From a virus (taxonomy: Duplodnaviria > Heunggongvirae > Uroviricota > Caudoviricetes), in the IMG/VR virus record IMGVR_UViG_2671180429_000007: a DNA stretch of 25,499 bases; one strand, written 5' to 3'. The notes below the pieces were generated by a model. The model was not told where the DNA came from and did not search any database. It worked only from the letters and a program-made list of their open reading frames with translations. Within the stretch, counting starts at the first letter, position 1; every line of letters begins with the position of its first letter. The translations under genes were made by a program, and so were the position numbers. Shown piece after piece: positions 16,653 through 25,499 of the stretch.

Positions 16653-18480
16653 ATTTGAGCTTAAGGCGTTGATCACCGGTGTCGACAGGCTTTCTCCCGC
16701 GCTGTCGAAAATGCAAAAGAAAATCCGGGGATTTAAACGCCAGGCGGAAGAAGCGTCACAGGGTGGGCTGGCGCTTGGTGGCGGACTGGCAGCGGGTCTG
16801 ACGCTTTCCCTGAAATCTTATGCCGATCAGGAAAACGCCGCCACCGGGCTGAAAGTCGCCATGATGGATGCGAACGGCGAGGTTGGAAAGAGCTTTCAGG
16901 ACATCAATAAACTGGCTATTGGCCTGGGTAACCAGCTACCCGGTACAACGGCTGATTTCCAGAACATGATGCAGATGCTGGTGCGTCAGGGGATCCCGGC
17001 AGAAAACATTCTTGGTGGTGTGGGTAAAGCGACAGCTTATCTTGCGGTACAACTGAAAAAAACACCGGAAGCGGCTGCTGAGTTTGCTGCAAAGATGCAG
17101 GATGCTACCGGAACGGCGTCAGAAGACATGATGGGGCTGTTCGACACTATCCAGAAGGCGTTTTATCTGGGCGTTGATGATACCAACATGTTGTCCTTCT
17201 TCACTAAAACCAGTTCTGTTCTGAAAATGGTGAATAAGGACGGTCTTCAGGCTGCACAGAGTCTTGCCCCCATCAGTGTCATGATGGATCAGATGGGGAT
17301 GAACGGGGAGTCGGCAGGTAATGCCCTGCGAAAAGTTATCCAGTCCGGATTAAGTGTTAAGAAAATCAGGGACGTCAATAAAATCATGGCCCGCCAGAAA
17401 CTCGGGGTACAGCTCGATTTTACTGATGGCAAAGGGAGTTTTGGCGGTCTTGATAACATGTTCAGGCAACTGGCAAAGCTGCGAAAACTGACCGACGTTA
17501 AGCGAACCGGTGTACTTAAGGCAATATTTGGTGATGATGCCGAAACCCTTCAGGTGGTCAATGCGCTGATCGATAAAGGAAAGGATGGCTACGATCAGAT
17601 CCAGCAGAAGATGAATAAACAGGCCAGCCTGAATAAACGTGTTCAGGCTCAGCTTGGTACGCTGTCCAACCTGTGGGAGGCAATGACGGGGACCGCAACT
17701 AACGGCCTTGCGGCTATTGGCGGCGCATTTTCTGGTGACGCTAAAAATATCACGCAATGGCTGGGGGAGTTAGGGGAAAAATTCACGAAGTTTGCGGATG
17801 AAAATCCCCGGGTTATTCGCGGCGTCGTCGGGCTTGCTGCCGGTCTTGCGATTCTGAAACTGGGATTGATGGGCGTTGGCGGTGCCATCAGTATTGTCAG
17901 CAGGATCATGTCGATGACGCCGATTGGCATGATTGCGACGGCGATAGCCCTCGCTGCGGGATTAATTATCACTAACTGGGATGTTGTCGGACCTTATTTT
18001 AAGAAACTCTGGGAAACCATTGGTCCTTATTTTGAGACTGGCTGGGAACTTCTTAAGAAGGTTTTTGCCTGGTCGCCGCTGGGGATGGTGATCAATAACT
18101 GGGGACCGGTTGTTAAGTGGTTTCAGGATATGTGGGACAAGCTGAAGCCAATTATTGAGTGGTTTACCGACAGTTCCGGTGACACGGTCGATGCCATTAA
18201 CTCTGCGCAGTGGGGCGCGGGTGCTTATGATGCTTATGGGACGGGAATACCGGCGCGGGGATACACACCTTATCCGGCGGTAGATCCGGCTCAGTCAAAC
18301 AACGCCTCCGATGCCACAGGCCTGAATCCCTTCATGATTAACAAAGCTTCTGCGCCAAAAGTTGATGGTGAGATCAAGGTCTCTTTTGTGAATTCGCCTC
18401 CGGGTATGCGGGTTATGGAAACGCGATCCAGCGGTTTTGATGTCAGCCATGATGTTGGCTATACGCGCTTTGGCAGGTAA
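16645..18480 (+). CDS. Tail tape measure protein
   Basis: 611-aa ORF, alpha-helical and Gly/Ala-rich with a hydrophobic segment (GLAAGLAILKLGLMGVGGAISIV). Position after the chaperone pair. Confidence 0.85.
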   Translation: MAEFELKALITGVDRLSPALSKMQKKIRGFKRQAEEASQGGLALGGGLAAGLTLSLKSYADQENAATGLKVAMMDANGEVGKSFQDINKLAIGLGNQLPGTTADFQNMMQMLVRQGIPAENILGGVGKATAYLAVQLKKTPEAAAEFAAKMQDATGTASEDMMGLFDTIQKAFYLGVDDTNMLSFFTKTSSVLKMVNKDGLQAAQSLAPISVMMDQMGMNGESAGNALRKVIQSGLSVKKIRDVNKIMARQKLGVQLDFTDGKGSFGGLDNMFRQLAKLRKLTDVKRTGVLKAIFGDDAETLQVVNALIDKGKDGYDQIQQKMNKQASLNKRVQAQLGTLSNLWEAMTGTATNGLAAIGGAFSGDAKNITQWLGELGEKFTKFADENPRVIRGVVGLAAGLAILKLGLMGVGGAISIVSRIMSMTPIGMIATAIALAAGLIITNWDVVGPYFKKLWETIGPYFETGWELLKKVFAWSPLGMVINNWGPVVKWFQDMWDKLKPIIEWFTDSSGDTVDAINSAQWGAGAYDAYGTGIPARGYTPYPAVDPAQSNNASDATGLNPFMINKASAPKVDGEIKVSFVNSPPGMRVMETRSSGFDVSHDVGYTRFGR

Positions 18481-18504
18481 TGAAAAATTAATCTGTTAAT
18501 GAGT

Positions 18505-18527
18505 CCCACTCCGGTGGGATTTTTTAT
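18505..18527 (+). terminator. Short hairpin plus T-run between tape measure and baseplate genes (possible attenuator)
   Basis: CCCAC-tccg-GTGGG followed by ATTTTTT, just downstream of the tape measure stop. Confidence 0.3.
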
Positions 18528-18540
18528 GTACGGAGTTTAT

Positions 18541-19869
18541 ATGACGTGGAAAGACAGACTTCAGGACGCGTCATTTCGCGGTGTGCCGTTTAAGGTTGAA
18601 GAAGAAAGTGCGGGAACCGGTCGTCGTGTGGAAACACACGAATACCCGAACCGCGACAAACCCTATACCGAAGACCTGGGGAAAATCACTTTCCGCCCGT
18701 CCATCACGGCTTATGTGGTGGGAGATGACTGCTTTGACCAGCGCGATCGCCTGATTGACGCGCTGAATAAACCCGGTCCCGGCACGCTTGTCCATCCGAC
18801 TTACGGTGAGCTGAAAGTCTGTGTTGACGGAGAGGTTCGGGTCAGCACATCGAAGAGTGAAGGGCGTATTGTCCGCTTTGACCTGAAGTTTGTCGAAGCG
18901 GGAGAACTCTCTTACCCCACATCAGGTGCGGCGACGGCGCAGACGCTGATGTCATCCTGTTCTGCACTGGATGACTGCATCAGTGACAGTTTCAGTAGTT
19001 TCAGTATCGATGGCGTGGCAGATTTTGTGCAGAACGACGTCGTCGGTAATGCCAGCACAATGCTTGGGTATGTTTCTGATGCGATGAAAGTGGTGGATTC
19101 TGCCGTATCGGATGCCGCCAGGCTGTTGCAGGGGGATATCTCGGTACTTCTGCCGCCGCCATCGTCAGGCAAAAATTTCGTTGAGCAGGTGCAGAAAATG
19201 TGGCGTACCGGGAAACGCCTTTATGGTAACGCCAGCGACCTGGTCACCATGATCAAAACGCTTTCCGGTGTCAGCCTCGGCAGCGATCTGCAACCGCGCG
19301 GCGTCTGGAAAACGGACAGTAAAACCACCGCCACGGCTACGCAGCAGCGTAACGTGGTTGCCAGCACCCTTCGTACGACCGCAATCAGCGAAGCGGCGTA
19401 TGCCGTCACCCGATTGCCTGCGCCAACAACTTCCGCGGTGATGCAGAATGCCGCAGTGGGGCAGGCAACAACACCTGCGCAGAGCACTGGCTGGCCTTCC
19501 GTCACGCATCCGGCACTGAACAATGCACCGGCGGTGAAAAACACAGTTGACCTGCCGACGTGGGAAGAACTGACTGACATTCGCGACACACTGAATACGG
19601 CAATTGATAAGGAGTTGTCCCGTACAACCAGTGATGCGCTGTTTCTGGCGCTGCGCCGGGTGAAAGCAGATCTGAATGCGGATATCAACACGCGCCTTGA
19701 ACAGTCTGCACGGATCATTCAGCGCACGCCGGATGAGGTTTTACCCGCGCTGGTGCTGGCGGCGACCTGGTTTGATAACGCGGCGCGTGACGCGGACATT
19801 ATCCGGCGTAATGCCATTACGCATCCCGGCTTTGTGCCGGTGATCCCTCTGAAGGTGCCAGTGCAATGA
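18541..19869 (+). CDS. DNA circulation protein (Mu gp43/N-like)
   Basis: Track ORF starts at 18499. I prefer the ATG at 18541 (MTWKDRLQDASFRGVPFKV...) because GGAG lies 5 nt upstream and the hairpin/T-run precedes it. N-terminus resembles Mu-type DNA circulation proteins. Confidence 0.75.
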   Translation: MTWKDRLQDASFRGVPFKVEEESAGTGRRVETHEYPNRDKPYTEDLGKITFRPSITAYVVGDDCFDQRDRLIDALNKPGPGTLVHPTYGELKVCVDGEVRVSTSKSEGRIVRFDLKFVEAGELSYPTSGAATAQTLMSSCSALDDCISDSFSSFSIDGVADFVQNDVVGNASTMLGYVSDAMKVVDSAVSDAARLLQGDISVLLPPPSSGKNFVEQVQKMWRTGKRLYGNASDLVTMIKTLSGVSLGSDLQPRGVWKTDSKTTATATQQRNVVASTLRTTAISEAAYAVTRLPAPTTSAVMQNAAVGQATTPAQSTGWPSVTHPALNNAPAVKNTVDLPTWEELTDIRDTLNTAIDKELSRTTSDALFLALRRVKADLNADINTRLEQSARIIQRTPDEVLPALVLAATWFDNAARDADIIRRNAITHPGFVPVIPLKVPVQ

Positions 19870-20945
19870 ACGATAACGTCACGCTACGGGTAAATGGCCG
19901 GGAGTGGAATGGCTGGACATCGGTGCGCATCGGTGCCGGTATTGAACGGCTGGCGCGGGATTTCAGTGTGGAGATCACTCGCCAGTGGCCGGGAGATGAG
20001 GGTATCACCACGCTTCAGCCGCGCATTAAAAACGGTTCAAAAGTGGAAGTGCTGATTGGTGATGAGCTGGTGATCACCGGCTGGGTGGAGGCGACGCCCG
20101 TTCGGTACGATGCCCGTTCGGTCAGCACCGGTATTGCCGGACGTAGTCTGACGGCTGACCTGATTGACTGTGCAGCCGAACCGACACAGTTTAACGGACG
20201 CTCGCTGGTGCAGATTGCGCAGGCGCTTGCTGCGCCTTTCGGTATTGAGGTGGTGAACAGCGGTGCGCCGTCGGGTGTTATTCCTGATGTTCAGCCTGAT
20301 CACGGTGAAACGGTGATCGAGGTAATCAACAAAATACTCGGTCAGCAGCAGGCGCTGGCTTATGACGACCCGCACGGCAGGCTGGTGATTGGCGGTATTG
20401 GCTCAACGCGGGCACATACCGCGCTGGTACTCGGGGAAAACATCCTTTCCTGCGATACGGAGAAGAGTATCCGGGAGCGGTTTTCTGTTTACCAGGTGGC
20501 GGGGCAGCGTGCCGGAAACGACGATGATTTCGGTGAGGCCACCACAACTGCGCTGCGGGCCCGCACAGAGGACGCATTTATTGCCCGTTACCGTCCGATG
20601 TATATCAGGCAGACAGGGCAGGCTACGGGGGCAGGCTGTATTGCGCGTGCTGACTTTGAAGCCCGACAACGGGCGGCGCGGACGGATGAAACCACCTATG
20701 TGGTGCAGGGCTGGCGACAGGGTAACGGTACGCTGTGGCAGCCCAACCAGCGGGTGATTGTCTTCGATCCGGTCTGTGGTTTCGACAATACCGAACTGCT
20801 TGTCTCGGAAGTCACGTTTACTCAGGACCAGAATGGCACCCTGACGGAAATCCGTGTCGGCCCACCTGATGCTTATCTGCCTGAACCCGAAGCCCCCGGC
20901 GCGCGGAAAAAGAAAAAAGCCAGAGTACAGGAGGACCCGTTCTGA
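19866..20945 (+). CDS. Baseplate hub protein (Mu gp44/P-like; late control D family)
   Basis: 359-aa ORF with ATGA overlap to the previous gene. Sequence character and position match the Mu-type baseplate hub. Confidence 0.75.
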   Translation: MNDNVTLRVNGREWNGWTSVRIGAGIERLARDFSVEITRQWPGDEGITTLQPRIKNGSKVEVLIGDELVITGWVEATPVRYDARSVSTGIAGRSLTADLIDCAAEPTQFNGRSLVQIAQALAAPFGIEVVNSGAPSGVIPDVQPDHGETVIEVINKILGQQQALAYDDPHGRLVIGGIGSTRAHTALVLGENILSCDTEKSIRERFSVYQVAGQRAGNDDDFGEATTTALRARTEDAFIARYRPMYIRQTGQATGAGCIARADFEARQRAARTDETTYVVQGWRQGNGTLWQPNQRVIVFDPVCGFDNTELLVSEVTFTQDQNGTLTEIRVGPPDAYLPEPEAPGARKKKKARVQEDPF

Positions 20946-21493
20946 TGAAGGCGATTGAAGCCATGCAGCGACAACTCCTCGGCCTGATTGGGCGGGCGGT
21001 GGTGAAAAGCATCAGTGCCGCCACGAAATGTCAGACCGTGGATGTGTCCCTGATTGCCGGTGAACCCAAAGCCGGGGTTGAACATCTTGAACCCTACGGT
21101 TTTACCGCAAGGGCAAACAGCGGTGCGGAAGCGGTGGTGTTGTTTCCGGATGGTGACCGTTCTCATGCGGTGGTTGTTACGGTGTCGGACCGGCGCTACC
21201 GCCTGAAAGGGCTGCAGACGGGTGAGGTGGCTGTCTATGACGATCAGGGGCAGTCCGTGACGCTGACCCGGGAGGGGATCGTGGTGGACGGTGCAGGTAA
21301 AACGATCACGTTTCGCAATTCACCTAAAGCACGTTTTGAAATGGACCTGGAAGTGACAGGACAGGTGAAAGACCTGTGCGACTCCAGCGGCACCACCATG
21401 TCAGCGATGCGGCTTGCCTATAACGGGCATCGTCACAGAGAGAACGGTCAGGGCAGTAACACCGACAAACCTGATAAATCGATGGAGGCATGA
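20945..21493 (+). CDS. Baseplate assembly protein V-like spike (Mu gp45-like)
   Basis: 182-aa ORF. C-terminal NGHRHRENG motif resembles the His-containing tip of gpV-type spikes. Confidence 0.75.
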   Translation: MKAIEAMQRQLLGLIGRAVVKSISAATKCQTVDVSLIAGEPKAGVEHLEPYGFTARANSGAEAVVLFPDGDRSHAVVVTVSDRRYRLKGLQTGEVAVYDDQGQSVTLTREGIVVDGAGKTITFRNSPKARFEMDLEVTGQVKDLCDSSGTTMSAMRLAYNGHRHRENGQGSNTDKPDKSMEA

Positions 21494-21918
21494 TGGAACT
21501 GTGGCTGACGGTGAACGGTAAACGCACCTGCGCCAGCGCACCGCTGGATCCGCTGACCCGCGCCGTGGTGATTTCCCTGTTTACCTGGCGGCGGGCGGAG
21601 CCTGATGACAACGCCGACGTCCCGATGGGATGGTGGGGGGATACCTGGCCTGCGGTACAGAATGACCGTTACGGCTCCCGACTGTGGCTGCTTCAGCGCA
21701 GCAAACTGACCAATCAGCTGGTGCTGACGGTAAGGGGGTATATCCGCGAATGCCTGCAATGGATGATTGATGACGGCGTGGTGTCCCGTATTGATCTGGA
21801 TATCCACCGCACCGGGATTAATGAACTGGGTAACAGTATCACTCTCTGGCGTCGTGACGGACCGGTAATGATTTCTTTTGATGATCTGTGGAGTGCGATA
21901 ACGCATGGCGGACAGTGA
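21490..21918 (+). CDS. Baseplate protein, phage GP46 family (Mu gp46-like)
   Basis: 142-aa ORF. Position and sequence fit the GP46 family. Confidence 0.65.
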   Translation: MMELWLTVNGKRTCASAPLDPLTRAVVISLFTWRRAEPDDNADVPMGWWGDTWPAVQNDRYGSRLWLLQRSKLTNQLVLTVRGYIRECLQWMIDDGVVSRIDLDIHRTGINELGNSITLWRRDGPVMISFDDLWSAITHGGQ

Positions 21919-22963
21919 ATTTCAGCGCCCGACGCTGGCAGAAAATATCAGTATGCTCCGTAACGATTTATTCGCCAGGCTGGACGTCAGCGACACGCTC
22001 CGGCGCATGGATGAAGACGTGCGGGCAAAGGTGTATGCGGCGGCGCTGCATACGGTTTACGGGTACATCGATTATCTGGCAATGAACATGCTGCCTGACC
22101 TGTGCGATGAGTCCTGGCTGGCGCGACATGCTGCGATGAAACGGTGTCCGCGCAAGGGGGCCACGGCTGCCAGCGGGTATATGCGCTGGGAAGGTGTCAG
22201 CGATGGCCTGAAGGTGACCGCCGGGAGTGTTATTCAGCGCGATGACCTGGTTCAGTACACGGCAACTGCCGATGCAACCAGCTCCGGTGGTGTCCTGCGC
22301 GTGCCGATCGCCTGCTCAAGTGCAGGCGCGGTCGGTAACGCTGACGACGGTACGTCATTAATCCTGGTCACGCCGGTTAATGGTCTGCCGTCTTCCGGCG
22401 TGGCAGATACCCTGACAGGTGGATTTGATACTGAAGAGCTGGAAACGTGGCGTGCCCGCGTCATTGAGCGGTATTACTGGACGCCTCAGGGCGGGGCTGA
22501 CGGGGACTATGTCGTCTGGGCTAAAGAAGTGCCCGGCATTACCCGCGCATGGACATACCGTCACTGGATGGGAACGGGAACTGTCGGTGTGATGATTGCC
22601 AGCAGTGACCTGATTAATCCCATTCCGGAAGAATCAACGGAAACGGCAGCAAGACAACATATCGGGCCACTGGCCCCGGTGGCAGGCTCTGATTTGTATG
22701 TATTCAGGCCGGTGGCACATACGGTGGATTTTCATATCCGCGTGACGCCGGACACACCGGAAATACGGGCTGCCATTACCGCGGAGTTGCGTTCGTTCCT
22801 GCTGCGTGATGGTTATCCGCAGGGAGAACTGAAGGTATCGCGTATCAGTGAGGCGATTTCCGGTGCGAACGGGGAATACAGCCATCAGTTGCTTGCACCG
22901 GTGGACAATATCTCCATTGCGAAAAACGAACTGGCGGTACTGGGGACGATTTCATGGACGTGA
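21905..22963 (+). CDS. Baseplate J-like protein (Mu gp47-like)
   Basis: 352-aa ORF following GP46. Baseplate J family features. Confidence 0.8.
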   Translation: MADSEFQRPTLAENISMLRNDLFARLDVSDTLRRMDEDVRAKVYAAALHTVYGYIDYLAMNMLPDLCDESWLARHAAMKRCPRKGATAASGYMRWEGVSDGLKVTAGSVIQRDDLVQYTATADATSSGGVLRVPIACSSAGAVGNADDGTSLILVTPVNGLPSSGVADTLTGGFDTEELETWRARVIERYYWTPQGGADGDYVVWAKEVPGITRAWTYRHWMGTGTVGVMIASSDLINPIPEESTETAARQHIGPLAPVAGSDLYVFRPVAHTVDFHIRVTPDTPEIRAAITAELRSFLLRDGYPQGELKVSRISEAISGANGEYSHQLLAPVDNISIAKNELAVLGTISWT

Positions 22964-23538
22964 CAAACGATGATTACATCCGCCTGTTATCGGCACTGTT
23001 GCCGCCCGGTCCGGCGTGGTCAGCCAGCGATCCGGCGATTGCCGGTGCGGCACCGTCATTAACCCGTGTTCATCAGCGTGCGGATGCCCTGATGCGGGAG
23101 CTGGATCCGCGCACCACCACTGAACTGATAAACCGCTGGGAGCGTCTGTGCGGTCTGCCGGATGAATGTATTCCGGCGGGAACGCAGACCCTTCGCCAGC
23201 GTCAGCAACGGCTGGATGCGAAGGTTAACCTGGCGGGCGGCATCAACGAGGATTTTTATCTTGCACAGCTTGCTGCCCTGGGCAGACCAGATGCCACCAT
23301 CACGCGATACGACAAAAGCACGTTCACCTGCTCATCGGCCTGTACTGACGCGGTGAATGCGCCGGAATGGCGGTATTACTGGCAGGTCAACATGCCAACC
23401 ACCACCAACACCACCTGGATGACATGTGGCGATCCCTGTGATTCCGCACTGCGTATCTGGGGTGACACCGTTGTCGAGTGTGTGCTTAACAAACTCTGCC
23501 CGTCGCATACCTACGTAATTTTTAAATATCCGGAGTAA
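22954..23538 (+). CDS. Tail protein, YmfQ/DUF2313-like (Mu gp48 / P2 gpI-like)
   Basis: 194-aa ORF between baseplate J and the tail fibre, the same position as ymfQ in e14. Confidence 0.7.
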   Translation: MDVTNDDYIRLLSALLPPGPAWSASDPAIAGAAPSLTRVHQRADALMRELDPRTTTELINRWERLCGLPDECIPAGTQTLRQRQQRLDAKVNLAGGINEDFYLAQLAALGRPDATITRYDKSTFTCSSACTDAVNAPEWRYYWQVNMPTTTNTTWMTCGDPCDSALRIWGDTVVECVLNKLCPSHTYVIFKYPE

Positions 23539-23541
23539 TCC

Positions 23542-24327
23542 ATGCATCGTATAGACACGAAAACCGCGCAGAAGGATAAGTTCGGCGCGGGTAAGAACGG
23601 TTTTACCCGTGGTAACCCCCAGACTGGCACGCCTGCCACCGATCTGGATGATGACTACTTTGATATGTTGCAGGAAGAACTCTGCAGCGTGGTGGAGGCA
23701 TCCGGTGCCAGCCTGGAGAAGGCGCGGCACGACCAGTTGCTTACCGCGCTTCGTGCGCTGCTGTTAAGCCGCAAGAATCCGTTTGGCGATATCAAATCGG
23801 ATGGCACGGTGAAAACGGCTCTCGAAAACCTTGGTTTGGGAGAAGGCTCTGCATTACCTGTTGGTGTGCCTGTTCCATGGCCTTCAGCCACACCGCCAAC
23901 AGGCTGGCTGAAATGCAACGGTGCGGCATTTTCTGCTGAAGAATACCCGGAACTGGCAAAGGCTTACCCGACCAATAAATTGCCTGATTTACGTGGTGAG
24001 TTTATTCGTGGCTGGGATGATGAACGTGGTGTGGATAGTGGGCGAACTCTGCTTTCAGCGCAAGGAGATGCTATTCGAAACATTACTGGCGGTTTTGGTC
24101 AGTTGCGCGTAAACAGCGAAATTAATGCAATTGTCGATGTTCAAAGTGTGAGTGGGGCTTTTTACGGAGGTACCTCAGTCCGGAATAACATCAATGTATC
24201 TATGACATACGCTAATGACCGAAAAATCCGACAAGATGTTCACTTCTCGGCGGCAAATGTTGTTCCAACAGCAAATGAAAATCGTCCACGTAACATCGCC
24301 TTTAATTATATTGTGAGGGCCGCATGA
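23542..24327 (+). CDS. Side tail fibre protein
   Basis: 261-aa ORF. N-terminus ([46 protein letters not shown]) is the conserved tail-fibre anchor region. Followed by a tail fibre assembly gene. Confidence 0.7.
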   Translation: MHRIDTKTAQKDKFGAGKNGFTRGNPQTGTPATDLDDDYFDMLQEELCSVVEASGASLEKARHDQLLTALRALLLSRKNPFGDIKSDGTVKTALENLGLGEGSALPVGVPVPWPSATPPTGWLKCNGAAFSAEEYPELAKAYPTNKLPDLRGEFIRGWDDERGVDSGRTLLSAQGDAIRNITGGFGQLRVNSEINAIVDVQSVSGAFYGGTSVRNNINVSMTYANDRKIRQDVHFSAANVVPTANENRPRNIAFNYIVRAA

Positions 24328-24929
24328 TGAATAAAGCTGTATTGAATAGCGAACTCATTGCCATAAAAGCGGGAGACATTATCATTTATAATTATGATGG
24401 TGAAACGCGGGAATATATTTCTACATCAACTGAATATCTCGCTGTCGGCGTCGGTATCCCGGCATGTTCCTGTTTGGATGCACCAGGTACACATAAAGCT
24501 GGTTATGCAATCTGTCGCTCTGTAGATTTAAATTCATGGGAATATGTGCCAGACCATCGCGGTGAAGTTGTCTATAGTACCGAAACGGGAGATACCAAAG
24601 AAATCACAGTTCCGGGTGATTACCCGGAAAATACAACCACTATAGCCCCATTAACGCCATACGATAAATGGGATGGTGAGAAATGGGTGACCGATACTGA
24701 GGCACAGCATAGCGCCGCAGTAGACGCGGCAGAAGCACAGCGTCAGTCACTGATTGATACTGCAATGGCTTCCATTAGTCTGATTCAACTGAAATTGCAG
24801 GCCGGGCGGAAGCTGATGCAGACAGAAAACACCCGACTTAACGCTGTGCTGGATTACATTGACGCGGTGACGGCAACAGATACCAGCACCGCGCCGGACG
24901 TCATCTGGCCTGAACTGCCGGAGGCGTAG
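24324..24929 (+). CDS. Tail fibre assembly protein (Tfa)
   Basis: 201-aa ORF with ATGA overlap to the fibre gene. C-terminus ...[15 protein letters not shown] is typical of Tfa chaperones. Confidence 0.8.
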   Translation: MMNKAVLNSELIAIKAGDIIIYNYDGETREYISTSTEYLAVGVGIPACSCLDAPGTHKAGYAICRSVDLNSWEYVPDHRGEVVYSTETGDTKEITVPGDYPENTTTIAPLTPYDKWDGEKWVTDTEAQHSAAVDAAEAQRQSLIDTAMASISLIQLKLQAGRKLMQTENTRLNAVLDYIDAVTATDTSTAPDVIWPELPEA

Positions 24930-25320
24930 GCCATTCAATATCTGGCGCACCGGAAGTATCGACCAGTTCCAGTGCGTCCAGATAATCCAGCCACAAATTA
25001 TATTGCGCCAGTTCCTCACCTTTCAGGCGACCAATCGCCGCTTTACCTGGCCATTGTCTGCTGTTCATGTGCTCGTTGGCTTCATTAATAAGTTTTCTTT
25101 TTTTCAAATCCGCCAATGCAATAAGGTTTTCTTTTGATAAAGGTGGTTGCTCTGTCAAAACCGGATATCCCTCCTGATTGCTGACTATTTTCATGCCATT
25201 ATCCTGACCATCCAGTAGTAACAGCCATTCATCCGTGGTTATCTCAACAGCATCTGAAGGTGCTTTATTTAAATCGGTAAAAAAACCATTTTCTTTTTGT
25301 GAATAGAAGTATCTATCCAT
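24901..25320 (-). CDS. Tail fibre assembly protein, alternative copy on the opposite strand
   Basis: 139-aa minus-strand ORF convergent with the + Tfa, overlapping it by 29 nt. C-terminus ...[13 protein letters not shown] parallels the + copy. GGAGA RBS upstream of its ATG. Confidence 0.75.
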   Translation of the reverse strand: MDRYFYSQKENGFFTDLNKAPSDAVEITTDEWLLLLDGQDNGMKIVSNQEGYPVLTEQPPLSKENLIALADLKKRKLINEANEHMNSRQWPGKAAIGRLKGEELAQYNLWLDYLDALELVDTSGAPDIEWPTPPAVQAR

Positions 25321-25340
25321 TTATTAATCTCCAAAAGCAA

Positions 25341-25499
25341 TGAACCGCCCCGGTTTTCCTGGAGAGTGTTTTATCTGTGAACTCAGGCTGCCAGATCATC
25401 GTTTCTGATGGAAGCATAATAAGCTTTTTCTGCTTCTGCCGGAGGGATATGACCCAGCCTTCCCAGCAATCGTCGATTGTTATACCAGTCCACCCACGT
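25341..25499 (-). mobile_element. Partial IS element (IS3-family-like) at window edge
   Basis: Terminal sequence TGAACCGCCCCGG... begins at 25341. A minus-strand ORF running off the window encodes a DDE transposase C-terminus. Element continues beyond 25499. Confidence 0.55.
25383..25499 (-). CDS. Transposase (DDE/rve integrase core) C-terminal fragment, truncated by window end
   Basis: Reverse-strand translation ...TWVDWYNNRRLLGRLGHIPPAEAEKAYYASIRNDDLAA* has the YNxxRxHxxLGxxxPxE-type C-terminal motif of IS3-family OrfB. Stop codon at 25385..25383. Confidence 0.6.
   Translation of the reverse strand, partial: TWVDWYNNRRLLGRLGHIPPAEAEKAYYASIRNDDLAA

Noticed and set aside
19165-19718. Minus-strand ORFs (19165..19509, 19221..19718) inside the DNA circulation gene
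   Set aside because: Antisense to a conserved Mu-type gene. Off-frame composition.
1-25499. CRISPR arrays, tRNA or rRNA genes, integrase or attachment sites
   Set aside because: I saw no regularly spaced direct repeats, no cloverleaf-like tRNA candidates and no integrase-like ORF. The window appears to lie wholly inside the prophage late region (plus the IS at the edge), so attachment sites are not expected.

Overview
This window is a late-gene segment of a mosaic temperate phage (prophage) of an enterobacterial host, almost all on the + strand. In order it carries: a DUF968-like protein and a small Q-type late antiterminator; a lambda-like lysis cassette (holin, R-type endolysin, Rz with embedded Rz1); an HNH endonuclease with small and large terminase; an HK97-type head module (portal, prohead protease, major capsid, connectors); a Mu/SfV-type contractile tail and baseplate module (sheath, tube, frameshifted chaperone, tape measure, DNA circulation, hub, V-spike, gp46, J, YmfQ-like); and an e14-like tail-fibre region with two convergent tail-fibre assembly genes, cut off by a partial IS3-family element at the right edge. 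The main candidate for an undescribed system is a visibly AT-rich two-gene operon on the minus strand (1397..3789) wedged between the Q gene and a tR'-like terminator upstream of the holin, the classic lambdoid moron slot. It encodes a zinc-ribbon protein with a central region resembling the NdpA/YejK nucleoid-associated family, translationally coupled to a protein with C-terminal hydrophobic segments. A second small AT-rich moron gene (5751..6002) sits between the lysis and packaging modules. All family assignments are from reading the translations and recalling known families; no database search or numerical computation was run.
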